From the human T2T-CHM13v2.0 reference genome, Homo sapiens, in assembly GCF_009914755.1 (NCBI RefSeq), contig NC_060931.1: a stretch of DNA of 64,000 nucleotides; one strand, written 5' to 3'. The notes below the pieces were generated by a model that saw only the letters and a program-made list of their open reading frames with translations, made no database searches and was not told the DNA's origin. Below are positions 25,782-41,980 of the stretch, in pieces. Position numbers and translations under genes: made by a program. The stretch's first letter is position 1; every line of letters begins with the position of its first letter.

Positions 25782-28700
25782 ATATTTTGATGCTCCATTT
25801 TTTTATGTTGCTTTTCATACTAAAGAATGGTGTAGACTTGTTTTGCAACTGTTAGGTACCCAGTTATCAATTTTATCAATGTTTTAGAGGAGGAAATTAT
25901 TTTTTTGGTAGAAATTGTTCAAGAAATCCTTAATTGAATGTCATTAAATGATGGTGGCCAAAATAAAACCTATTTAGAAATTTAATCACTTTGCACATCA
26001 CTTGGAATATGATGCCTCTAGTAGTTACTTTTTTATAGTTTTCTACTTTTGGTTTTATTTAAAATTGTTTTCAAATATAGATTATTGACTTATTCAACTT
26101 TGCTGTTTTATATTTTCAGTATCATTTTTCATTTGTTTTTTTTTTTTTGTCTTTTCACTTACCAAGTTCTAGGGACATTTAAAATATGTACTAAGTGTAG
26201 GAGTGGTTATGATACCAAAAAATGTAGCTGGGTTGAGATTAATTTCGTTCTGTTTTCTCATGACAGAAATCAGGTTTCCCTTTCCCCACCCCTAAGTGCC
26301 TAACTTAGGTCTGAAACAGCCTGTTTATTAGTCTGACTCTCTCAACCATAAAACATAAGCTTTATTTAATTCTGCCTTTAAACACACTCAGGTTTCCCCT
26401 TAATTTTCATATTATTTTCTGCAGGTTTTCTTGAGTATCTTCAATTCGTTGAATGTGGTTTTTGGTTTTTTTTTGTTTTAACACTAGTCTTCCCTTAATT
26501 CATTGCTAACTCAAGCCATCCTTACTATTAAACCCAAATCAGTCCTTTAAGTTCATTATGGCCTTTCTAGTATTTAAAAAAAAAAAAATCATTTTCATTT
26601 TTCTTCTGCTACGTTTCCTGACTACTACTGCATACTTCTCTGATACAGGTTCTGTTTGTATTTTTTATATCATTCTCATTTTCTTATTTGACATGATCTA
26701 TGTCTATATATGATATAGGTCCCCTTTTGTCTCAAAATTTTTAATTATGTGACTTCAAAAATCACCTATATCTGTAGTAGGGCTTCCAAATCTGCTTCTC
26801 CATATGTGACCAGTCACCTGTCTGCTTTCACATTTAGCTAGTGAACTACACATTTACTAAAATGTGTAAATTTTACACATTTAGTGACTGTGTAAAATAA
26901 AAAAAAAGTTATTTTATCATATCCTTTCTATTATGTTCCCATCCTGTCCTCATGTCCCATTTACTTTATTATCACCATTCATTTCTTCAAAATTATCTTT
27001 TAGATACGCTCATACAAAAATCAATCCTTGTTTTCTTGCTTGTGTCTTTTAACCTTGGAAAATTACATCGTGTAAATTAAACAGATTTTTCTGATGATCT
27101 GTGCTTCTTATATACTATTAGAGTGCATGATAGTATCTCCTGAAAAGGATGGAAAGTAGAAGCATTTGCTTTTAGTCACTTAATTTTGAATCTTTTTTCT
27201 TCATCTTTTGAATTAATTTTTTTTATTATATCTACTTTTAGTGGAGTTTGAGTCAGAAAAAAACAAGAATTTGAAACAAGTAAAAAGATAGAAGAGAAAT
27301 AAAGATGGTATGTGACTACTTTCAGAGAGAGTTAAGTAACTGTCAGAATAAGCCTGGAACAAAACAGGCTGTAAATTAATAAAACTACAAACACACATTC
27401 AGGTGAAGCAGAAGTATAGCCATAAAACATCTAGAAAGAGTGAATGAGGCTTTTAGCTTTTCTTAGGTCAATGTCCAGTGTGCTTTTTTCCATGGGAATA
27501 GGATAGGTATTAATACGCTTTTCTAAACTGCTCTCAGACCTTATCCAGAGGACATGGTAAAGATATGTTACAGAAATTTTTCTGATACTTCCTGGAATAA
27601 CTTTAAGTTACACCCTAGTAGACTGGTCATTCTAATAAAATCCAGTACTATAACAAACCTCTGTATGTTGATAGCACATTGGCCCTTTTTTAGAGTTCTT
27701 TCCTATGTTTTTCTTACGTGATTTCCCACAGTTCCATGAGTCCAACAAAGGAGAGTGATAGGCTCCTTATCTTTTAGAAGAGGAAGGAAAGGCATGAAGA
27801 AGTTGAGGGACTGGCTGAAGATCACGTACTTACTAAGTAGTACAACTGGAGCAAGATCAAGTATCTCTGTCTCCCATATCTGTGTTCTATCATTTAAAAT
27901 ATATATTGGAAATCCCTGCTGACTCAGATTGGTATGATTAAAAATGAGAGGAAAGTTCAAATAGTTAGTAGTGACAAACTAATACTGCTGGACTAAGATT
28001 TTGGTAGCATTGTTTTCTAAAATATTTTAAATGGAGAATGAACACTTATAAAATGCTTTGGAACATAATCTTTAGCTTAATTTTCTGTTAAAATTTAGTA
28101 CCCCTTCATCATTCCAATAAAGATAAGACTGATCCATTGTCTAAGGAAATTATTTATAAATAATAGAGATTAATTTATTTGAGATTTGAAATAAGAATAG
28201 TATGAAAATATTAGATACCACATAAATTGTTTGAAATTACTGAATAACCATCTTAAGTATGGAACATTTAAATGGCTATATTTTATTTGTGTACAGTTTT
28301 TCTGTGCCTTGTTAGGCCAGTGAAGCAATTATTTTCTCTAAGAAAATGACAATAAAATATAACACACTTCAGATTGTCTGATTTACAGTTTGGAAAGGAC
28401 ACCGCAATGTTCAAATAGGTAGGAGACCATCAAAAACACAATTAAAGTAACATATTAGGAGACTTGAAACTTCAGCCTAATAAATCCTTCATGGTTCTTA
28501 GCCTTATTATTGTGATATAATTCTAGATATTTTCTTGGAGGGCATGTGCCCAACTCTCCCGCACCCCATTTTGTTTGTCTTTTAAAGTTCTTAGAATAAA
28601 CAGTTCTTTATATAATAATTATATTTTATTTAAGAAAATAGTTTGTTAGGTACTTTTTAAAAGATGTAAATTTTTAAATTTACAAATACATATGGGTCTT

Positions 28701-28945
28701 TGATAAGCAATAGGAATTGAATTACAAGTTACTAGGGTTATAAGCAAAAGGTTGCTTACCATAATGTCATTAGGTCACGACTTTTAGCTCACATCTGGAA
28801 GCAGCAACTACTTGGCTCAAGTACATATAAGAGTAATTAGTTTTATTCTCTCTTTTTTATAAAATCGGGTTTCAGATGAGATGTTTATCTTAGACTATTT
28901 TCTTTTAGGGAAAAATTTTACATGTTTGAGATGGTGGAGTAAAAA

Positions 28946-28952
28946 GACTGTT
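28946..28952 (+). promoter_or_regulatory. miR-132/212-3p seed site (7mer-m8)
   Basis: GACTGTT followed by C. miR-132/212 repression of the TMEM106B 3'UTR is established. Confidence 0.65.
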
Positions 28953-29519
28953 CAACATTTCTTTTAAAAAATTATTTTTACATTACAACAATATATTTAT
29001 GATGTGTTCAGATCAAAAATTTAACTTCTGTGTCCCAGATCTACTTTCAAAGTGAGATTTTCACTTGTCAGCTTAAATTTCTGACTAGAACTAACGTTTG
29101 TGTATTTTTGTGCTTAGTCGGAATACAAATTTCACAGTGGATTTTTGAAGTTTGTCCTTAAATTGGATAAAATCAAGTGATTAAAGTTACTAAAGAGATA
29201 AAAATGGTAATTTCCATTTTTAAAAGTAATTTGGTTGTGTTTATAGTTATTTGTACAAGTATTTATCACAGACTCTAAATTGAAAAATATAGTATGATCT
29301 ATATTTGACCCAAAAAATGTTGCATTAATTTAACAAATATGGCAGATTTTTCATAACTAAGTCTTAAGTCTTCTAAAAGGAAGCTGTTACCCTTCTGTTT
29401 TTAATTACATTAATTGAAATGTGTTTTAAGAGATACAATTTCAGCATATTTTATATATTAAAAAACAAAAAAGGATTAGTATTGAGCCAGTGGCCAAAAG
29501 GTAATATTACTACCATGTA

Positions 29520-29527
29520 GACTGTTA
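29520..29527 (+). promoter_or_regulatory. miR-132/212-3p seed site (8mer)
   Basis: GACTGTTA in AU-rich context. Confidence 0.75.
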
Positions 29528-30115
29528 TAGTTCAAATTGTCCCACTTCACCCAGAATTTTAGAAACTAGAAGTCTGGGAGGTACTATATCAGCTGTAGTT
29601 GGGTAATTCCAAGTGCTGATAGTACTATTCATCTTTTTTATTATTGTGTCAGATGAAACAAATGCCAAGTTGCAAAATATGCAGATTTTTATTATATAAT
29701 GGTTTTAGGCATAAATTATTAACAAGCCATGCCTTATGTGTTTCATCTTATATTTTTCTTTAGAACTAAACTATAACAGATTTTGGAAAATGATTTGACT
29801 TGCTTGCTCACTTGATTGACTTGGTCAGATATTTGAATGATGGTATTACCTAGATTCTAATCCTTGATTCTAGTTATATAATAAATAATATAGAATATGA
29901 AAATATGTTTGGGCATTTACTGTTTATATTATGTAGTAGCCTCCATCATGACACACTTACTACATTTATGAATTGAGCAGTTCTGTAATTGTAATTATTA
30001 TTGCTGTTCATGTAACAAAACATGCTTATGATAATAGCAAACAAATAGAAATGCCCCCAAAATGCTATTTTTTTAATTCAGTTATAACTGTTACTCTTGT
30101 AGTTGTGTATGACGC

Positions 30116-30153
30116 AATAAAATTTGTAAAAAAATTTCAGCATGAAAAATAAA
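30116..30153 (+). terminator. TMEM106B: Poly(A) signals ending the ~5.3-kb 3'UTR
   Basis: AATAAA at 30116-30121 and 30148-30153, each followed by ATTTGTA, with U-rich sequence downstream. Repeat-derived sequence starts soon after. Confidence 0.75.
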
Positions 30154-30404
30154 ATTTGTATCACTCATGTATTTTGGCTATGCTTTTGAAATTTCCTTAA
30201 CATAAACAAATCAGTGTAGATATTCAAAATCTTTTACCTTTAATCCTTTTCATCCTTATAGTCCTTACCTGAACTCTACTTTAGCATTATCTTTGATTTC
30301 CTTTTTTCATTCACTTAACTTCCAATCAGTACTCAAGCTTTATCCATTCTACCTCTGTAATATCTCTGGAATTTATCTCATACGTGAAATTTCCCTTGAT
30401 ATTA

Positions 30405-32947
<2,543 letters not shown>

Positions 32948-34161
32948 CACTTCCTTCTTTTTTACTGAAAAAAGCCCAAGTTCTTACTCTGGTGTTGAGA
33001 ACCTTTCATTAGCTGGCTACAATCTCAGTTCACAATCATTTCTTCTTGCCCTTCAACAATGTCCTGACCAAATCGAGTTCTTTCTCATTGGGAACAGTTC
33101 ATTCCTTTATCCCTTCACTCATTCTGTTCCTTTTTTCTTAGAAAAATTATTTGCCCATGTTTTTTATCCCCCAATTCTATCTTTTTCAATGCCCACTTCG
33201 TGTCCAACCCCTCTCTACTTTCCCTCTAAACTTACTCAAACACTTGGTGAACTTTTTCTGAATGTTTTTTCTGAATGTTTACTTTTAAAGGAGTTGCCCA
33301 GTCACAAAGTTTGAGCCAAGTTTTTTTGTTTTAAACTTGTTTTAAACTTTTGTTTTCATCAACTTTTTTCAAACAATTTTTGTCAGCTTAGAGGTTGTGT
33401 TTTAATTACTATTTTTAAAATCTTGTATGAGGTAGTATGATTTGAAATTAGATGGAATGTGCCCAAAATTATCTCTGTAGAATAATATGGAAAAACGAAA
33501 ATGAAAAGATGTATTACCTGAATGTGCTCCTCCTAGCCAGTTTCTCAAGGGAGAAGAATCATTAATAAGTTTGTGAGGCTTTTTTTTTTTTTCTGGTAGA
33601 TTTCTGTTTCCTTGATCAGTGGTTTTTCAGAATTTTTTAAAGCTTGTGAAATACTTATTTGTAAATAGCATCTTATGAGGAACCTTGATATGTGACAAAA
33701 CAGATGCTTTGATTTGAGAGCAGAAGACCTGCAGCCCCTGACTGCTCACCTTTCCAGGGACCCCTGAACATTGGCCTAGAGGGTAGTGTACAGTCACTTC
33801 TTCAGTGATAACTTACTGAGTGTGATTCAACAAAACTGCTTTGGTTTATGGGTGAAACATAATTTATAACTAGGCAAATGTCAGCTTAAATTTATATTTT
33901 CTAAATAGCACTGAAAATGACAATAGACAAATGTAATTTCTGATTTTTAAGAAATGATTTTCCATTTTAACATACATTTTAAATGTTTTGTCTTCAAAGG
34001 GAATCCTTAAAAAAGATATATTGGAAACCACTGATTTCTTATTTTCATTTCATGAATTTCAGATTCATGAATGGAATATATTGATAATAGCATTTTTTAA
34101 GTTGCCCCAAAAAGATGAAATGCAAATAATTTTAATCCCAAATCTATTTCAGACACCTAAC

Positions 34162-34966
34162 TTTTTTTTTATTTTTTATACTTTAAGTTCTAGGATACAT
34201 GTGCAGAACGTGCAGGTTTGTTACATAGGTATACACGTGCCATGTTGGTTTGCTGCACCCATCAACCCGTCATCTACATTAGATATTTCTACTAATGCTA
34301 TCCCTCCCCTAGCCCCCTACCCCACAAAAGGCCCCAGTGTGTGATGTTCCCCTCCCTGTGTCCATCTGTTCTCATTGTTCAACTCCCACTTATGAGTGGC
34401 AACATGTGCTGTTTGGTTTTCTGTTCCTGTGTGTGTTTGCTGAGAATGATGGTTTCCAGCTTCATCCATATCCCTGAAAAGGACATGAACTCATCCTTTT
34501 TTATGGCTGCATAGTATTCCATGGTGTATATATGCCACATTTTCTTTATCCAGTCTATCATTGATGGACATTTGGGTTGGTTCCAAGTCTTTACTATTGT
34601 GAACAGTGCTGCAATAAACATATGTGTGTATGTGTCTTTACAGTAAAATGATTTATAATCTTTTGGGTATACACCCAGTAATGGGATTGCTGGGTCAAAT
34701 GGTATTTCTGGTTCTAGATCCTTGAGGAATCACCACACTGTCTTCCACAATGGTTGCAATTTACACTCCCACCAACAGTGTGTAAAAGCTTCCTATTTCT
34801 CTACATTCTCTCCAGCATCTGTTGTTTCCTGACTTAATGATTGCCATTCTAACTGGCGTGAGATGGTTTCTCACTGTGGTTTTGATTTGCATTTCTGTAA
34901 TGACCCGTGATGATGAGCTTTTTTTCATGTTTGTTGGCTGCATAAATGTCTTCTTTTGAGAAGTGT
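34162..34966 (-). mobile_element. L1PA (about L1PA7) 3' fragment, ~0.8 kb, antisense
   Basis: Poly-T, L1 3'UTR, and ORF2 C-terminal peptide MFIAALFTIVKTWNQPKCPSMIDWIKKMW. Confidence 0.93.
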
Positions 34967-35932
34967 AAGGTACTTAATTCTTAAATTAAAAAAAATACCC
35001 TTCTTTAACAAAATCAAGTTTCAAGTTTTCTGCCTTGTTGATAACTTGTTAACATTTTTTTATTTTAGAATAAATCTAAACAGAGACCACACTGATATCT
35101 GTAACAACCTATGTAAAGTTAAGATTAAGGTTAAATCACATTTTTCACAGAGAGTGTTTTACTGAAATATAAACTTTTATGCATCTGATATTATCTAATT
35201 GTGTCCTTACTGGGTAACTTGTGTATTTTTCAAGTTAAAGGATTTCCTAAAAATGCTTATTTGAATATTTATGTCATTTGTCACACATACTTTCAAAACA
35301 TAACCTTCTTCAACGAGTATCTTCTTTTCCTTCCTAAAATACTGTTAATAGCTGGCTATTTTGTAAGCCTGTATCTGGTTTAAAAAAAAGAAGTGAATAT
35401 TTTCAATACTTACGAACCATAGAATTCTGTATTCTTTTCATAACTTTTAACTTTTCCATAGGACCTATCACTATGTAAAATATTATACATATCTACTGAT
35501 TTATTTATTGCCTATGTACCTATACTAGAACATAGTAAACATGAGAACAGGGAATCTTGGTTATTAATTCCTGCAGGACTCAACTACTTATCACTCAAAC
35601 ATTTGTTCTTGAAAAGAACTTCGTATAACATCATTAGATTTTTACAGAATCTTTAAAAAAGCTTTAATATTTTCAAGGTTTTTTATTTATATAAATATTG
35701 TTACTTTACCACTAGTGATTTCAATAGTGGCATTGTCACATGATTCAAGAAGAGGAGGCCATTACATTACTGTTGTATTAAAAAGTCAGTTCAGGCTTAA
35801 TATATATGACTACTATAAGTCAACCTCACATTTTAATGTATGAAGAAGATTGTATGAACGATCACATTAATTCATTTAAATAGTATGTATTTTGATACTA
35901 ATTTTTAAGAAGAAATGTATCATTCTCATGGA

Positions 35933-35938
35933 AATAAA
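35933..35938 (+). terminator. TMEM106B: Distal poly(A) signal
   Basis: AATAAA with upstream TGTA elements (35837, 35851, 35886, 35916) and downstream GU-rich tgttgtg. Confidence 0.55.
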
Positions 35939-36905
35939 AGATAATTTGAAAAGCATGTTGTGCTATTTATATCAGGGAAAATTTGTTCAGCTCACACAAA
36001 GCCATACATTGACATATTTTTTAAAAATGCTGTAGTACTCTATAGTCTTTGAACTTACTTAATACCTGTTAAGAGATATAACAAACTGAAAAGTTATTTC
36101 AGGAGCTAATGTGTTCAATGGAATAAAGTTGATGTACTAAGTAATAGATAAAATGTTAAGAGTTTTCTCCGTGTCAGGCACTATAACAGGCATTCTTTAG
36201 GCATTTTTTTTAATAATATATACAGCCTTACGAGGTACGTACTATTGTACTATTGTTGCTATTTTCCTTTTTACAGTTTAAAAACTGAGGCTTAGTTCAA
36301 CTTGGGGTTTAAACTTTGACTTGCTCTTTCAATCTAAAAACTAACTCATTAACAATGTTGGGAAAATGGTACATTGTTTTATTTTTGATCCACACTACTT
36401 AGGTTTTAACTTAGGCTGGATTTTATCATCATAAGACTTATTAAAGGCAAAATATTATGTAAGTAGTACCACAATCTCCCTTTATGAAATTATTATCATC
36501 TTTTTCCAAGTATATTTAAAGATCTAATTATGACACTTAGAATTGCAAGAACTCAAAATGGTGTGGTGATGGGTACCCAAAGTTTCAATCCAGTCAACTA
36601 TAAGCAACAACTATACACACGGCATTGTGTTTGATTGTAGGGGATACAATGATGAAAGTATACAGTCTCAAACTCAAAATAAGACAGTTTACTGGCCAAA
36701 AATACACTGTTTCATCCCCTTTATCTCGCCTACACATTACCCTCTTCTGTTTTTCATTATCTGTTACAGTACTACAATGGAGAACAGAGCTGCAGTACAA
36801 CTATAGCATTTTGAGGGGCTGGGAGAACGGGATAGAGGGTAAGGAAGATCATGAAGAGTCTAAGCAGAACTTTCCAGTCATTGTACTACAATGGGTTGCA
36901 GGCGT

Positions 36906-36924
36906 GCCAGCCCTCTGGTGGCCA
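36906..36924 (-). promoter_or_regulatory. CTCF core motif downstream of TMEM106B
   Basis: Reverse complement TGGCCACCAGAGGGCTGGC closely matches the CTCF consensus TGGCCACCAGGGGGCGCTA. A CTCF-bound element just downstream of this gene has been described. Confidence 0.8.
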
Positions 36925-37950
36925 CATAAGTCCTGGAGTGGCTGGTCATCTCAGACTGGGAGCTTCCTCGTTGGTTTGTCCTAATGGGCTGAGCAAATGT
37001 TTTCTGTGAATGGCATGAGGACAAATGTTGGGAAGCCCTGTACTCTAAGGAGGTGATAAAATAATCTCTCTTTGTTAATCCTATTAACTCTGACAGAAAG
37101 TACTTTGTGACATATTTCCTAAGCTTTGATTGGAATAGACTATACTATTATTTACTTAATTTTTCAAGTCAAATCCGGGTTTTAACTTAGATCTGCTTTT
37201 ATCCTTTTATGACTTATTGAAGGTATATAATTTTTAAAACATAAATATTTATCTTAATTCAAACAATAGTAAGATAAAACTGACTTGCCTGAATGGTCAT
37301 CTTATATACCAGTTATGAGTATACAGGCATACTGATTTCAGGAAAGCCAAAATGACTTTAGATAGGGTGCGTTTTTAAAGCAGCATGATTTTAAGGTGCT
37401 GGAAGCATTGTTCAAATCCTTTTTTCACTTCTCAATTGTAGCAGTACAGTATTCAAGGACACCTGCTCTCAGTGGTAAGCATTTTTATTTACTTTATCTA
37501 GAGCTGTAGATAAAATACTGGCAGCAACCTGCCACTTTCAATTTTTTTACAAACTACCTATTTAAATGTTTAGACAGTTCATTCTAAGAGTATTCCAGTT
37601 GAGTTGAAGAGACATTTACCCAGTCCAGTTGGCTGTATCCAGAATTAACTGGGACTCAGACTAGTGTAAATATAACAGATATATCTTTCTTTATTTTGAA
37701 AGTCTAAGTTATTTTGTGGCTGAAAAGTTGAAACATTAAGGCAGCCCAGTAAACATTTCTGTTTATTCTTTTTATGAGCAGTATTTTCTATTTCATGTCA
37801 TAGGTAATGTAATCATCTGATTATTTGGCCCACTTGATTTTTAGCTTACTCATAAGTTTATGATCTTATGATTAAGTTTTTTAAAAGAAAAGACTAACAC
37901 AAACTCACCCTTTGTAATTCAATCCGTTTGTTTTAGAGATCAATTTTTAA

Positions 37951-38109
37951 ACTTTTATTTTTGAGACAGGGTCTTGCTCTGTCACCTAGATTGGAGTACA
38001 GTGACACAATCACAGGTTACTGCAGCCTCAAACTCCCAGACTCAAGCAGTCCTCCCACTTCAGTTTCCCAAGTAGCTGGGACTACATGTATGTGCCACCA
38101 TTTCTAGCT

Positions 38110-38144
<35 letters not shown>

Positions 38145-38258
38145 TAGAGATGGGGTTTCACTATGTTACCGCAGCTCAAGCTGCAGGGCTCCAGTGGTCC
38201 TCCTGCCTCAGCCTCCTAAAGTGCTCAGATTATAGGCATTAGCCACTGTGCCCAACCA
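37951..38258 (-). mobile_element. AluJ element with an expanded middle A-tract (T32 at 38112-38143)
   Basis: Antisense dimeric Alu with J-type features. Confidence 0.88.
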
Positions 38259-40502
38259 GATATCACTTTTAATCAAAGTGTACAAGTAGGAATTTACACT
38301 TGAACTCAAAATTAATGCAAATAAAATGCAATTTTTTTGAGATTAGAAAATATTTAAAAGATTTATATCAATCACTAATGACAAATGTGTGGAAGTGGTC
38401 TCAATTGTGTACTCTTTTGGTAGAAGGCTGACTATATCCTCACTGGAAAATAATTTTTCATTATCTCTCAATTTCAAATATACATGCCTCAACCAAACAA
38501 CTTTTTTTAGGAATTTTTTATCTGAAATATTTGCATGAATAAATAGGCATTTCAAATTTTAACATATTAGATTGAACATATTCTACAGTATATATTCTTT
38601 ACTCAAACTATTTTTTTTAAAAAAAGGAATACCTCTACCCTAAAACAACAAGAGGTATTTCCAATTGACTAGCAACTGAAAAAAGAAAAAGACAGGATTA
38701 TATTAAAGAGAGAAGGTAATACATCGGACAACAGTATTCTAAAAGATGGAAACGAGGCTACATGCCTGTAAGGGTGGGGCTGGGAGGAGGAGAGAGCCCA
38801 TGGGAAATGCCACAGTGGGATCATCTCTGGGCAAAACGACAGGAGTTATAGCAAACAAAATAACTCCAAAATATAGAAAGCAAAAAGTGATATTACAAAC
38901 AGAAAATGATAAGTAAACCGTGTTAATAGGAGATTTACTTGTTCCTCTGAAACAAAAAGGTCAGAATATTGAAGATTTAAGTACAAAATTTAATGGTCTT
39001 TGATCCATTAGTTATGTGTGGAGATGTTTAACCCAAACCAGAGTGCACGTTCTTTTCAAATACACATACAATTTTGTCAGACCATTGCTGTATACTGTTA
39101 TATTACTATATCTTGCTAACATATGTTAATATAAATATATATACTAATATAAACTATATTACTATATACTATTGCATAAGTAACTTCCACTCACTTGAAT
39201 GTAATACAACTAGGAATAATAATAACATTGCATAAAGCTAGAAATTTAAAAGGTTTGTAACTCAAGACAAAGAGGACATTAAAATAGTTCATTTAGAACT
39301 AATTCAGGTCATTACATTTCAAAAACTTCAGATATAGCCAAGTGACAGACAGGAAAAAATATAGCCTAAATGCATTCGTTAGAAAATGAGAGAGATTGAA
39401 AATATCTAATCTATATTTCAACTCACAAAACTAGAAAAATTTTAAAAAGCAACAAAACTGTCCCACAAAAAAGAAAATTGTCCCCAGCAAAACCTGACAA
39501 TAGAGAAAAGCCTATGATAATAAAGCAAAGATTACTAAAATTCGATTCCAAAAATCAGGACTTCTTTTTCTAGCATTGTGGTGGCGTAGATGTCTAGAAA
39601 GACCTTCTCAGCATGGAAACCCTAAAAACACTAGAAAAAATTCAATATACGCATACAGCTAGGCTGGTGAGAGAGAAACCTTTGAAGACCGTATATCACT
39701 TAGATTCAAATGACCAAGGTTACATATCAAAGAAAGTATGTCATGTATCACAGCCAAAAGACCACAAACAGAAAAAATAAATTATTCATACTTTCACAAA
39801 AATGGTGAAGGTGGGGGAATGAATAGGTGAGAATAAAATTAAATAAACCCCAGGTAGTTCCAAAGCCTCATTCAATTTCAGCATGCAGTTTAAAGCCTAG
39901 GCTCTTTAGGGATTAGGGAGTCCTTTCCATGAGGTCTAGAATTAGCTTCTCATTTTCTGGTGACCTATATGCTAATGAACAATTATTTTCTCTCAACACA
40001 AGCAAATAAAGATGGCTGCAATAATGCGCCATGTAACAGGGGAGAGATGGGAATTACACAAAATTACTACTGCATGGCACATATCAAGTATTACTGGGCC
40101 AGAACTACATGGAATCCTTACCCTAGAAGTGAATTGTGTTCTTTGTTTAGTCAAGTTGACAGTTCTAGTTCTACTCTCTGAGAAAGTCTCACTTTATTGT
40201 TCTCCACAGTCCCATCTGAGAGGATTTCTGGGTAGGGAATGGGTGGCCACAGATATGGATTATAAGGATAAAGAATGGGAAGGAAGAAAGGGTACCTCCT
40301 TTGTTTACACATATAGTATTTCAAGAGGAACAACTGAAAAACTGTTCAAACAGTTCATAAAGTATCTGAATTGAATATTAGCACACAAAAGTAACTTTCC
40401 GATATTACATTAATAACCAATTATAATAAAATACCAAAAAGTTCACTATAGTAGCAGTAGTAAAGTATTTCAAAATAAATCAAATAAGAAATGCATATAA
40501 AT

Positions 40503-40838
<336 letters not shown>

Positions 40839-40891
40839 TCAATAATAGTCAACTGTGAAATATAAAGATGTGAATACATAGAGAAAAAGAC

Positions 40892-41247
40892 TGGTATAGA
40901 CTGAATATATCCCTCCAAAATTCCTATGTTGAAACCCTAACCCTAAAGTGATATATTAGGATGTGGGGCCCTTGGCGGGTAATTAGATCATAAGGTCAGA
41001 GCTCTACGAAATGAGATTAGTGCCCTTATAAAAGAGACTGCAGAGAGCTCCCTCATCCCTTCTGACGTGAGGACTCAACAAGAAGATGATGGGCTATGAA
41101 CCAGGAAGCATGTCTTCACTAGACACTAGATCTGCCAGTTCTTTGATGTGGGACTTCTCAGCCTCCAGAATTGTGAGAAATAAATGTTTGTTGTGTTATA
41201 AACCATTCAGTTTATGGTATTTTATTATCACAGCCCAAGCTAAGACA
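40892..41247 (+). mobile_element. MaLR solo LTR (MLT1A-like)
   Basis: aattcctatgttgaaaccctaacc...gattagtgcccttataaaagag...cagcctccagaattgtgagaaataaatg...ctaagaca. Confidence 0.8.
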
Positions 41248-41765
41248 TATACCTTGATTATGAATGAGAAGATTCAATACAGTAAAGTCTCTTTCCAAAA
41301 CAGGCTTAAACATTCAGTGGTATCCCAATAAAAATTCTAACAAAAAATTTTTATGGAAATTTTATGACAAGCTGATTCTGAAACTTCAAAGAATAAGGTA
41401 CAAGACTAGCCAAGAAATTTTGAAAAATAAGCCAAAATTATAGTTTTGCAATACAAGGTACTAGATCATATTTTAAAGCTATAGAAATCAAAACAGCCTA
41501 CTATTGACCAAGAAGTAGAAAAATAGTTTTTAGGGACTGAATACAGATTTATAAACCATCTCATTACTTTAAAACTGGCCTTTAAAACTGGCATAAATCC
41601 CTCCGTAAGAATTTTGGAGGCATATATTCAGTCTATACCTTTAAAAAGACCTACTATTTAATAAATGGTATCAGAATTCACTATTCATTTGGCAGAAAAA
41701 GTTAAATTTATGCCGCCTCACATTTTTTAATGAAAACAAATCCAGAGAGATTAATTATCTAAATT

Positions 41766-41980
41766 AGGGGTCAGACACTTTGACTCATGGGCTGGCTGCC
41801 CATTTTTGTAAATAAAGTTTTATTAGAACACAACCACCCCCATTTGTTTATGTATTGTCTATTTCACCTTTCATGCAACGGCAGCAGAGCTGAATTGTAA
41901 CACAATGAAGACCATATGTACTGCAAATCCTGAAGTATTTACTCTTTGGCACTTTAAGAAAAAAACTTGTCCAACACTTG
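41766..41980. mobile_element. MER58-like hAT MITE
   Basis: tttttgtaaataaagttttattagaacacaaccac...catttgtttatgtattgtctat...atttactctttggcactttaagaaaa. Confidence 0.7.
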
